From Azolla caroliniana (taxonomy: Eukaryota; Plantae; Polypodiophyta), in assembly GCA_043228905.1 (NCBI GenBank), contig JBHGNT010000001.1:36270001-36334000 (forward strand): a stretch of DNA of 64,000 nucleotides, written 5' to 3'. A model generated the notes under the pieces. That model made no database searches. It was not told the origin of the DNA and worked only from the letters and a program-made list of their open reading frames with translations. Positions 39,088-49,860 of the stretch are shown here, one piece after another. The position numbers were made by a program, and so were the translations under genes. Every line of letters begins with the position of its first letter. Position 1 is the first letter of the stretch.

Positions 39088-39771
39088 CACAACTTCATCG
39101 AACATTTAGAATGCTTATACTTGATATTGACAATATGAAAAAATGGCATATCATTTCATTTTATTCTAAAGAATGTTATGGATTTGAGTCCTTTAGCAAG
39201 AAGACAATGTGAAAAATGAAAAGAGCAATTTATAAAATATGATTGGCTACGATGAAGCCAAAGAACTTTGACAATTCCTTATCATACATGTGGGCACCAT
39301 GACCCAACTTTTTTGTCATCATTACGATATCAAGCTCTTATAAAACCACGTTCATTTAGGTTTTCCATCATATGAAGACTTAGTTTGAAAGTACTCATTC
39401 TCACAGTTGGATGTGCACAGATGATGGGGATGGCACAATGATATATAGAAAACAATCAATTTAAATCTTCCACGCCTTATGGAGCACCTAATTTGCTCAA
39501 TGATGAATTTCCCTTGCCTTATTTTGATGCTTATTAATGGCTAAAAAGGAGCTCTATTGAACTTTCGTGCACAATGCTCCAAGAATACCAACGCAATACA
39601 TCAACCTAATGTTGTAACTACTCCACTTGCTTGGGTCATGAATGAAGCAAAATTACACGCCATTATCTAACCATACAATTGGATATGTGTGATAAGGTGT
39701 GGATTTTCTTTTGGTTTATTGTCCTAAATAATTCATAAAATAATATATATGGTACAAAAAATACACATTTG

Positions 39772-39993
39772 CAAATGTGCACATTATTTCAATTCATTTC
39801 CTACAAATATCCATGAAAGACGAAAGCATGGACATATATACATTTGTTGAGGAAGAAAGCATGTAAACCGGTTAATATTTTCAAATGTGCACATTATTTC
39901 AATTAATTTCCTTCAAATACCCATGAGAGACGAAAGCATGGACATATATACATTTGTTGAGGAAGAAAGTATGTAGACTGGTTAATATTTTCA
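39772..39993. repeat. Tandem duplication, about 110-bp unit x2
   Basis: CAAATGTGCACATTATTTCAATT...GGTTAATATTTTCA occurs twice. Confidence 0.92.
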
Positions 39994-40777
39994 TCTATGA
40001 GATGTGCAAAAGAAATGAAGCAATACCAAGGATGCGTAAAGACAACTAGTATGTCAGTTATTGAATTACAAATGTGTGGGGGAGGCGGGGAATTAAGAAT
40101 GCATGGACCTTTCTATAAATTGTTGTAAACTCTTCCCAATCTAAACGAAACAACTTGCACTCATTTGATTCATTTAAACATTTGAAATCCGTAATTATGG
40201 GGTGCACCCACTCAAATAGCATGGGGAGGTCAAATGACAACCACACTAACCGCTTCTTCTTTGTTTGCCTTTGAGGTTGTAAACTATTTTGTTGGAAAGA
40301 TAAGCTCCCTTTGGACTTTTCGTCCTTTTGTAAAACAACCAACGTGGTTCACTTTCACTAGATGAATTTTGTCACAAAAAAGCATTCCAACATTCATGTA
40401 TTTTAAAAAAAAAGGTTCAATAGACACTCAAACACAAGACATTATGTGTGAAGCACAATGTGATGGAATGTCTCACATCAACCAAGTTTAGTTCAGAACA
40501 ATGTTGATTCATAGTAGTTAAATAGAGAAAGAGACATATTTTTACCAAGAGGTCAACTCATAATTTTGGCAAGGAAAACTATAAATTATGAAGCAAATGG
40601 AAAAGGTGACATTTAACTAACTAGTCTTACTTTGGTTATTAAGTACGTAAGTTCAATTTGACTATAGAATAAAAGACCACCCCACTTGTTATATCCAAAT
40701 ATGAAAATTCCAAGGTTTGTACCTTGATTTTTCTCTCTGAACTTCCATCTTCTTATGTTTCATCTCTATTGATCACC

Positions 40778-42361
40778 ATGGTGATGTTTCATCACCAACG
40801 TAGTTTCTTCATTGACCATAACATTGCAATACTACAACACAACCTTCCACATCTATGGCGAGCATTTCGTGACTTCAACCTCTTCACCATCTTAGTTTGT
40901 TTTGTGACCGTTCTCTTCATTACTATAACTTTCCACTTCAATTTTCGATTGAGGCCAGTGTATTTGATGGACTTTTCTTGCTTCAAGCCCCCAGAAGATC
41001 TCAAAATCTCAAGAAAGGCTTTCATTGAGCATTTAAAGAAAAGTGGTAAGCTCAATGAAGAAAGCTTACAAATTCAAGTTAAAACTATGGAGAGCTCAGG
41101 TATTGGAGATCATACATATCTCCCATCTTCTATTATTCTTGCCAACCCTCCCATAGATAATTGCATGAAAGAAGCTAGGCGTGAAGCTGAAATGGTCATG
41201 TTTGCTGTCATAGATGAGTTATTTGAGAAGACAAAAGTGAGGCCCAAAGATGTAGGTATTTTAGTTGTGAATTGTGGTTTGTTTAGCCCTACCCCATCTC
41301 TCTCCGCCATGGTGATCAATCACTATAAAATGAGAGAAAACATTTTGAGTTTCAACATTTCTAGCATGGGTTGTAGTGCAGGAATCATTGCACTTGACCT
41401 TGCGAATGATATGCTTCAAGTTTATAGGGCTACTTATGCTATAGTTGTGAGCACAGAGAACATCACATCATCTCTTTACACACGAAACCAAACGTCGAGA
41501 ATGTTGAATACGGTCACATCATCTCTTCTCTTGCCAAATCAAAAGTACATGTCAAACACAAAATCGTGTCTATATACACAAGATCGAATGTCCATATCAA
41601 CAAACACCGCAACATCTCTTTACAAAGAAAACCAAAATTCAATGTTTGTGCTTCCTACCACTCTCTTTCGGCTTGGTGGGACAGCCATCCTTCTCTCAAA
41701 CAAACAGAAAGACAAGTCTCGAGCACGATATCAACTCCAACACATCATCCGAACACATAATGGTTCACATGATACAAGTTTTAGATCGATATATCAAGAA
41801 GAAGAACAAGATATAGACAATAAAAAAGTTCTATCATTGTCTTCTGATGTCATCCGAGTCACTAAAGAGGCTATCAAGGCAAACATGATCACACTTGCCC
41901 CCTTGATTCTTCCTCTTCCCCATAAATTTGTATTCCTCATAACTCAATTATGCAAGAAAGCCATCAAATGTAAAGACTCAAACACTTACATACCCGTCTT
42001 GAAGCATATGGTCCAGTATTTTTGTGTTCACATTGGCGGCAGTCAACATATCTTTGATGAGATACAAAAAACTTTGAACCTAGGCAAGAAGGAGCTAGAG
42101 GCATCAAGAATGACTTTGCATCGATTCGGAAACACATCAAGTAGCTCTATTTGGTATGAGCTTGCATATATTGAGGCCAAGGGCAAGGTAAAGAAAGAGG
42201 ATAGGGTGTTGCAAATTGCTTGTGGGTCTGGCTTTAAATGTAATAGCGTTGTATGGAAAGCATTACTCAATGTGAAGAAGCCCAAGATTAATCCTTGGTT
42301 GGATTGTATTGATGAATATCCGATCGAAATTCCAAAATATGACAAGATTGACTTAGATTAG
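40778..42361 (+). CDS. KCS: 3-ketoacyl-CoA synthase (FAE1/CUT1 family VLCFA condensing enzyme), intronless, with a 48-aa internal expansion
   Basis: First ATG at 40778 (the track start at 40724 is TTG). N-terminal TM, RPVYLMDFSCFKPP, SGIGDHTYLP, ILVVNCGLFSPTPSLSAM, MGCSAG (catalytic Cys), FCVHIGG (His), TLHRFGNTSSSSIWYEL (Asn), GSGFKCNS, NPWLDCIDEYP. Confidence 0.93.
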   Translation: MVMFHHQRSFFIDHNIAILQHNLPHLWRAFRDFNLFTILVCFVTVLFITITFHFNFRLRPVYLMDFSCFKPPEDLKISRKAFIEHLKKSGKLNEESLQIQVKTMESSGIGDHTYLPSSIILANPPIDNCMKEARREAEMVMFAVIDELFEKTKVRPKDVGILVVNCGLFSPTPSLSAMVINHYKMRENILSFNISSMGCSAGIIALDLANDMLQVYRATYAIVVSTENITSSLYTRNQTSRMLNTVTSSLLLPNQKYMSNTKSCLYTQDRMSISTNTATSLYKENQNSMFVLPTTLFRLGGTAILLSNKQKDKSRARYQLQHIIRTHNGSHDTSFRSIYQEEEQDIDNKKVLSLSSDVIRVTKEAIKANMITLAPLILPLPHKFVFLITQLCKKAIKCKDSNTYIPVLKHMVQYFCVHIGGSQHIFDEIQKTLNLGKKELEASRMTLHRFGNTSSSSIWYELAYIEAKGKVKKEDRVLQIACGSGFKCNSVVWKALLNVKKPKINPWLDCIDEYPIEIPKYDKIDLD

Positions 42362-45180
42362 ATTGATTGGTTGAATACAAATTGTTAATTGCTTAATGGG
42401 AGACTAGCTCATGTATACTCTCTTCTTGGTTGATTTGATATTCTCTTCTTAGTTACTTTACTACTTTCTAGATGATTGAATGTTAACCTCCTTCATGGCT
42501 TGAAAACTAACAACAAAAGTTGGAGGATTACCGACTTACCTATGCAAATAACCATATTAAAATTTAAAATAGCTTATCATATGGCCAAGTGGTCTTCACA
42601 TTGTGTAACAATAGTGAGAACCATGTGAATGATGAGACAAATAGTTGTGGAGTTTTTGGAGTTGAATTAGACAATCCTTAACAACATTCTTTGAGACTTT
42701 TGGATGTTTAAGTATGGTGACGTGTGTTTGCAAAGAATGGACTATGTTGGGTGGAGGAATGTACTAAATTTTTGCAAGCAAACTCCACAAAATGTAATAC
42801 ATGAAACCAATCATCTTGTTGGTAGTTGATGAAACGATGAAGATAATGCTCAAACAACTTATATTTTATAGTAAGTGTGGTTGTCACTTTGTGTGTAATA
42901 GCTTTGAAGAAATATTACAAGGAATATTGACGAACTTGAGAAAGTGCTTCGAAAGATCAAATGTGGCCCACGATCTAATATGCTATGGCATTCCTACAAA
43001 ACATGCCAAAGTTATTCATGTGGCCCATGATCTAACATCAAGTGAGGTTCAAATAAATCGCTTTGGTGTGTCTTTTAGGAATGCCATAGCATATCCTAAA
43101 ATCATTGTAGTGGTAGTTTCTTGATTGAAACCTAAAGTAGGGAGCATTATCGGAAGTCCAAACTATCTATTCCTCCTCATCATCCAATGATCCCCATAAC
43201 ATTATCAAATTAAATTTTGCCTCAATTTTCTTAGAAAGTGCATCTAGAAGGGAGTGCGTGTATACAAAACAATGCACATAACATCTACAAAAAACTGGGT
43301 TACAACTTACGACGAATCATGCTAGGAATGTACAAACTAATTCAGAAAAATTATTTCGAAGTGATGTAGCACATAAATTTAAACTTAAATGAATTGCATT
43401 TGAATTTTCTCGCCATCGTCAAGCATATAAACCGCAAAGAAACTATGTTCTTTTGTACTTTTCCACAATCACTATGAGGCATGAGTTTACTCTTTGTTTG
43501 GATTTCTTGTCTATAATAAAATTATGCACTATTGTGCATGTCTACCAGTAAAGAACATTGTTGCTGCATACTAGGAGCAAAACAAAAAGAGAACAAAGGA
43601 TGTAGAGTATGGAAACATCCAACAATATTCATGGCTATGGGTTTCTTGTTTTGAATGACCTCATACAAAGAGAATTGTACAAGCAAGAAAGGCCTAAATG
43701 ACAATGTTCACGATCCAATTATCTCCGATTGGTATGACATAAGGTTGGAACTTAAATTTATTAACTACTTAATACTCTTAAACGGAATTTTTAACAATGA
43801 ACATTGTTTCTAGTCCTCACAAAATGGACCCAATGACAACAGCGAACAGCCCGAATTATCCTCGTATTTATGGGATGAGTAAATATCAACATCTGAATTT
43901 GTAATTGTTCTCATACTGGATTTAAATGGACCCAATGACAACACCACTAATTGTTCTCATTTAAAGGTGTTGCAATCCCCTCCATACTGGACTTATAACG
44001 ACAAAATATGAAACTCGAAATATGTAAACAACATTTCATTGCTAAATTGGACAGGGAAAGGCAAAACATGAAGCTCGAATTATGTAAACAATATTTCCAT
44101 TGCTCGATATTTGACCAAAAAATTGGTGCCATACTTTTTCCAAATAGGATCAAAATATAAATGATGAGACATCAACTCACATGGGTTGCCCAATGCTACA
44201 TAACAAGAAGTTTTACGAAATATCGGTCCTTGGCATTTAATATCAGACTAAAGGTATATAGCAAATGACGCTCATAAATATCCATTGGAGGTTAGAAGCC
44301 CAATGAATCCAAGCTATTGCACACTGAATGCATTCCCATACAAAGAGAGGAGCTTCAATGAGCATCTGGAACCATCATCCAAATGAGAGGGAGATTCAAA
44401 TCCATTCCCAATAATTTGCACTAAAATATAATTTAAATGTCATTGGAAACATCGTGACAATTTGACACCATTTTTGTTGCCTTTTCAATCACTTGAAATT
44501 TTTTTAATACGAACGCTTCGATCTGTCTTCTCCAAAAGATGATGCAAAATAAGTTTACTGCGCCAAATCGAAATCTCTCAATTTCCGAGAAAAATAAAAA
44601 AGAATTGTATCATAACTAAGCTGCAATTCATGTGTATGGATCAATGGATAAAAGATTAACATATGTAGCATCGATTCAAATCACATTTGCAAAGATGGGA
44701 TAACATAAACCGAACACAGCAAAAATCATTACAGCTCTTTTTATAAACAATGGGAAATAATACAAAAGAAACAAAACAGTTCCAAAGTCTCCACTGTTAT
44801 GATTTAGAAATTCATCATTCGATTTTAACAGCACACAATGAAGCAAAAATTAACATATAGCTCTTTATTCTGAAATGGGTACTAACATATCGACACAAAT
44901 TGCCTGACAGTCTGAAGGCAATGATTCTCTCTCTGTCTCTCCCATCACTGCTCTTTCATACAAATTTGTATAACATCATAACAATGAGGTAAAAAATGAA
45001 CATAGCTCCCTCTTCATCACTGCTCTCTTTGTCAAATGAGTAAATACATAAAAGAGCCAAATAGTTTGGAAGAAAAAAAAAAACAAGAAGAAACAAATTC
45101 CTAGGTTTCCCAAGTGAAATATTACAAAGAGGGAAGAAGAATAAATAAAGGAAATACAAATTACCTGAAAATAACACCAT

Positions 45181-46254
45181 TTATTTCCTCTCCAAAGAGG
45201 TCATTCCTTCTTTATCACCATTCTCTCCGATCCCGATGGGCTTAAGAAGGCTTCCGATTTCTTCATCACCTTCACTTTCCTTCTTCTGGGCTTCCTTTGC
45301 TCTCATTTCTTGCAACTTGCAATGGTTATAGTAACAAACACCTAGAAATGCAAGGCCATACCCAAACAAGTTAATAGGCGTGACACGATCCTTAATGACC
45401 GACCAAGAGAACGTGATGAGGAGCCAATCCTTGACAACACCGGCGACATTCATGGTGAGGGCTGAGGTTTTCCCGATGAGAAGGAAGACTGCGAGGTTGA
45501 GTGCGAAAGCACACACCGAATTGGTCCCAAACACTATATAATCGAACTCAAATGATGATTCACGGACAAGGGTTGGGTACTCAACAAAGACCCAAGGGAT
45601 GGAGAGGAAGACAAAGCAGCATGGGGCGACATAGTAGAGAGAAGTGATGGGATTGAGGCTAATCCCTTTGGAAGTGAGCAGAATTTGGATCAAGACCAGG
45701 CGGGTGGCTTCGAATGCGACAGCCCCGAGCTGAAGCGCAACACCCCAACCATTGAACATGGCTTCTCCGTAAGCAGCCACGGCAACACCAAGAGAAATAC
45801 CGACCATGTTCACCATAGTGTTCGACCGGAACATCTCTTTCTTAAAGAAGACTCCGATCGAATACACCGCCACAGGCATCAGAGCTTTCAACATCTGGAT
45901 GAATGAGACCGAAAGGTAGATGTATGCAGAGTTAGAGAGCCATAGACTGACTGAGTAGAGAGCTCCGATGGGAACGACTGAAGACAGGTATTGTTCTTTG
46001 GTCATGCCTATGGCGTCCACAATCTTGAAGACTCGGACGAGGATAAAGGCGAGCATTGAACAGAAAGCCATGTGGATCATCGTCAGGCTTATTGGGAATG
46101 GCCACCCATATAGCTTCTTGTCCAGGATGTATTTGTTGAAGATGATGACCGTGAAGCTCAAGAAGATCCACAGACCCACGTAGAGATAGCTAAGCATTAT
46201 CTTCCTTATCAGGCCAGGCGTATTACCCCCCTGGGTAACGAAATCTTTACCCAT
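45181..46254 (-). CDS. UAfT: Nucleotide-sugar transporter of the TPT family, UAfT (At5g25400-like) UDP-arabinofuranose transporter, intronless CDS
   Basis: 357 aa from the ATG at 46254 (MGK..). Near-continuous match to the remembered UAfT sequence: [66 protein letters not shown]. Confidence 0.92.
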   Translation of the reverse strand: MGKDFVTQGGNTPGLIRKIMLSYLYVGLWIFLSFTVIIFNKYILDKKLYGWPFPISLTMIHMAFCSMLAFILVRVFKIVDAIGMTKEQYLSSVVPIGALYSVSLWLSNSAYIYLSVSFIQMLKALMPVAVYSIGVFFKKEMFRSNTMVNMVGISLGVAVAAYGEAMFNGWGVALQLGAVAFEATRLVLIQILLTSKGISLNPITSLYYVAPCCFVFLSIPWVFVEYPTLVRESSFEFDYIVFGTNSVCAFALNLAVFLLIGKTSALTMNVAGVVKDWLLITFSWSVIKDRVTPINLFGYGLAFLGVCYYNHCKLQEMRAKEAQKKESEGDEEIGSLLKPIGIGENGDKEGMTSLERK

Positions 46255-46870
46255 CGCTGGCAGATCTTCCTCGTTTAAACGGTGGATGTGAGGATTGATG
46301 ATGGTTAAGATTATGGTGATGGGAAAGCTGGAATGATGGCAATGCAATGGACAGAAGCTCTAGAAGATGAAAAAGAAGAACGGTTCGTTCTTCTTCTACT
46401 TCTTTTGCTTTTCGTTTCTTTTCTTTCTTGCACACAAATGGCGAAGAAGAAGAAGAAGAAGAGCTTCTCCTTCGATTTTTTTGGAAACGAAACGGTCAGA
46501 CGAAACCTTGACAGAAGAGGCAAAATAAGAGAAAAGGTTCGAATCTCTCTTCTGTCAGGGGATACCTCTAAAAGAATTATTTTCTACGGATCGAATCGCT
46601 CTTCCTTTTTTACAGATTCGAACCTGTTAAAGAGCTGGGAGGAAAGGAATGTAGGAAGAAGAAGAGGGGGGATGGAAGAAACAAAACCCTAAATCATCCG
46701 TTCTATCCCGCAGAGTCTTAGAGACCTTAAAAAGAAGCAGATCTCTGATGAAAAGACATGGGAACCCTGAGGTGCAGGCCTAATCCTATTCCTAAACCTT
46801 GAAAGAATAAAGACAGAGTGATCGCATTCTTGACCTCTGCAGAATGAAACGAAGAAAGGTCGGGGTCTAT

Positions 46871-46883
46871 TCTTCTTCTTCTT

Positions 46884-46914
<31 letters not shown>

Positions 46915-46978
46915 TTTATCTCTTTGGGCCTCTGCTTTCTTCATCTCCTCCTCCTCCTCCCTCTCCTCCTCTGCCCAA

Positions 46979-47064
<86 letters not shown>
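46871..47064. repeat. (TTC)n and compound (TG)n(AG)n(TG)n microsatellites upstream of UAfT
   Basis: Directly visible in the sequence. Confidence 0.95.
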
Positions 47065-47066
<2 letters not shown>

Positions 47067-47669
47067 ATGCCTACTCCTCCATCGCCATATCCATGTGTGT
47101 GTGTGTTGTCATAAGTTTATTCATTTTATTTTCTGGATTATGATTTATTGATTTATTTGATTTCAGGTCAACTTCTGCAGAGAGAAAGTGTTCTCCCCAA
47201 TATACATATACACATGTGTATCCATATATGTACATATATATGTATGTATATGTATATGTGTCCATGTGTATGTATACATATATGTTTTATGTGTTATATG
47301 AAGGACATGGACTAGGTTCAATCCTTCCTTGGCATCGAGACCATCCGCGCGTCTCTGTTGGATATTGCTTTCCCGAAGCCTTTACATCGTCAACTTTTTC
47401 AAATTTGGCACGGTCATGATCCACCTCCACCTTAATTGAAGGTACGAACCAGCTCCAACTATGTTGCTCTCGATATGACACACTATCATCAACTAAATTA
47501 GACGCCTTATCTACCCCATAATCCCCTACCTCGGCCTTGACTACGTAGTCAAACTCATTAGCTAGTTCATGCTAGCACCATGTGATGGACATTTGGACTG
47601 CACACCATCTGGGTGATGCGATAATGACGCAACAGTGCCATATTCTACTAAGTGAGGGTTCAAGTGCCA

Positions 47670-48110
47670 ACTCGGATGATACATGGACATAGATGGACCC
47701 ATAGCTCGTCGGATTGTTGATCAACATTAGACATCAAATTCTCATTGGGAAACAATGTCGGCATACAGTGGAGTAACAAAAAGTAGCCAATTATGGCTCT
47801 ATCGAGCACATATGTAGAGTATGTTAAGTGTAGTCGTGATTGCTTATGAAGTTGTATGGCTTGAGAGTATCTAGAAAACCTCCAACAAAATGTATATTTA
47901 AGCATAAGTAGATGGTGTGTCTACATTTACAAGGATGTAGGTGGACATTGTAACATTTTGGCCATGTGTTGACCTTTGATGATAGATTGTTGTAAATACT
48001 AAATGGGAACACTCTACAAGAAAAGTCCAATTGGATGAACTAATGTGAATACGCCACCATTGTTTTAGGATCATCGTGTTAAGTTGTAGAAGTCAATCTT
48101 TGAGAGGGTA
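47670..48110 (+). mobile_element. Degenerate Copia RNase H remnant
   Basis: YMDID..FSLGNNVGIQWSNKK*PIMALSSTYVEY matches Copia YxDAD..FSLG..ISWSSKKQPTVALSSTEAEY. A purine tract TTGAGAGGG lies near 48100. Confidence 0.7.
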
Positions 48111-49399
48111 AGACCAACACAAATAAGGTAACCTAAGTAGTGATCAACATTACCTTGCTTCGATATTTGGTCATGTCTTCCACAACCAATTATATGTCTT
48201 ACTTATGCATAGCAATCTATGACTCTAAAACCAAGGCAAAGACATACATTCTACATTTTCTCTCTATATTGTCAACTAGAGCTTTTCTTAACTTGAATGA
48301 ACCATTTGCCAAAAATTATGATCTATCAATTGTTTCCTTCGTGGATGAGGAAGTTCAATAGTTTCCCCACATTTAAAAAACCAAAGGTGTCTCCTCAGTC
48401 ACTCACATTTTGTATAACATGTGACACGACAACTAACCACAATCGTGAAACCAAGACATACATTCATTGCACCAATACCAATATGACACATAAATCGTCG
48501 ATAAATGGCCAACTTACATCATCATATGACTTCTTCATATCTTGGGATAATTGATTTCATGGGGTAGGGTAGAATGTGGCCCTCATCATGGTCTTGATTT
48601 CATGGGGTAGGCATTTGGTAACCCAATAGGATTCCTAGAAAAACTCACCTCATCTTATCCTTGGGGTTGTGAGGGTCTTTCTTCCTCGTGTATCTTGAAT
48701 GTTTGCATGACCTTGAATTTCTCTCAAAGGATCGTCCTTGTTTCTTATATAGATGTCGTTTTCTTCAACACATATTGTTTTTGGTTCCAAACCACAACAT
48801 TGTTCTAGGAATTGCATATGATTAGGAGTATTGAAGACCTTCATTACATGTGTCTATTGGCATTCTACCATAAAGTGGCCCAAACTATCACATTTGAAGC
48901 AATAACTAGCAAAAGATTCCCAATGTAATTGGCGATGCAATGACCTTACATCCTTTGTCGTTATATTAGACCATAATTGCTACATTCCATGTTCTATAAC
49001 ACTCCACAAATTGGAACCATGTGTTCCACTTCAACCCAAATTAGACTCTTTTGGTTCAAAATGTTATCGTACAAGATGTACGGAGATTTGTCAAAGTGTG
49101 GTGAGTGAGGGCGAAAGAGTAAAGTGTTGATGTGTATATGTGTAAATGTGCACAAGTGTAATTGTGAGTATGAGTAGATGTGTATGTAACACATGCACGC
49201 ATGTGTGCGTGCGGACAAATAAGAAGAGGTGTGAGTGAGTGTTTAGTGTGGATGGCTAAGGGGGCTTGTACCCTTGTGTATCTACCCCCTCTTTGTACTA
49301 TATTAACCCCCTTATGGGGGATGAATGAAAGATAAGGAAGGATTTCTCTCTCTCAACTTCTCTCTCTTGTCATCTCTTTCTCTCTCTCTCTCTCTCTCC

Positions 49400-49860
49400 C
49401 TCACGTTGAAACCCCTTGGGAGGGGGCTGGAGCCATCTTGGTGTAGCATATCTCCACTTTATTCTTTCTCCAAAAGAGGAGAAGACCTCATCGTTTTTCC
49501 AAAATTCGCGAAATTGTTGTTGTTTACGAGTCACAACCTCGGGCTCACCAGTTATTGCGTTATATTGACCTCTTAAAGTGTGTAAGAACATTAACCATAC
49601 CTTTTTGACTAACTCAACTGCATTCTGTTTTATTTTCTGAAATACACATTTACATGTAGCCTTCCACAATACCGAAACTACTACAGAAGATATCGTAGAC
49701 CAGACCATATCCTCTTCCAAACAACGGACTATTGTAGTATCAAAGACCACCAATACTTGTATTCCATCGAAGAGGAGAAGAAACTTATATCTTATTATTT
49801 TTTTGTTCTAAAAATAACATCGAAAAACCTCTTGGGCCTTCATATGCTTGTTTGATACTT
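49400..49860 (-). mobile_element. LINE ORF2 C-terminal fragment ending at a (GA)n tract
   Basis: LWKATCKCVFQ..LRGQ..FW..WRYATPRWLQP is homologous to the C-terminus of the LINE at 38350-38889. Confidence 0.7.

Noticed and set aside
37718-39105. Candidate TSD for the large LINE (37718-37734 versus 39089-39105)
   Set aside because: Only 13 of 17 bases match, too diverged for an element that still has a pure A24 tail.
45018-45035. miR156/miR535-like motif TGCTCTCTTTGTCA in the UAfT 3' region
   Set aside because: Short gapped match with no hairpin; compatible with chance.
29651-46254. Functional 'cell-surface' cluster (Pro-rich/CLE-like substrate, KCS and UDP-Araf transporter)
   Set aside because: The genes are separated by an unrelated PPR gene and transposons, and nothing in the sequence shows co-regulation.
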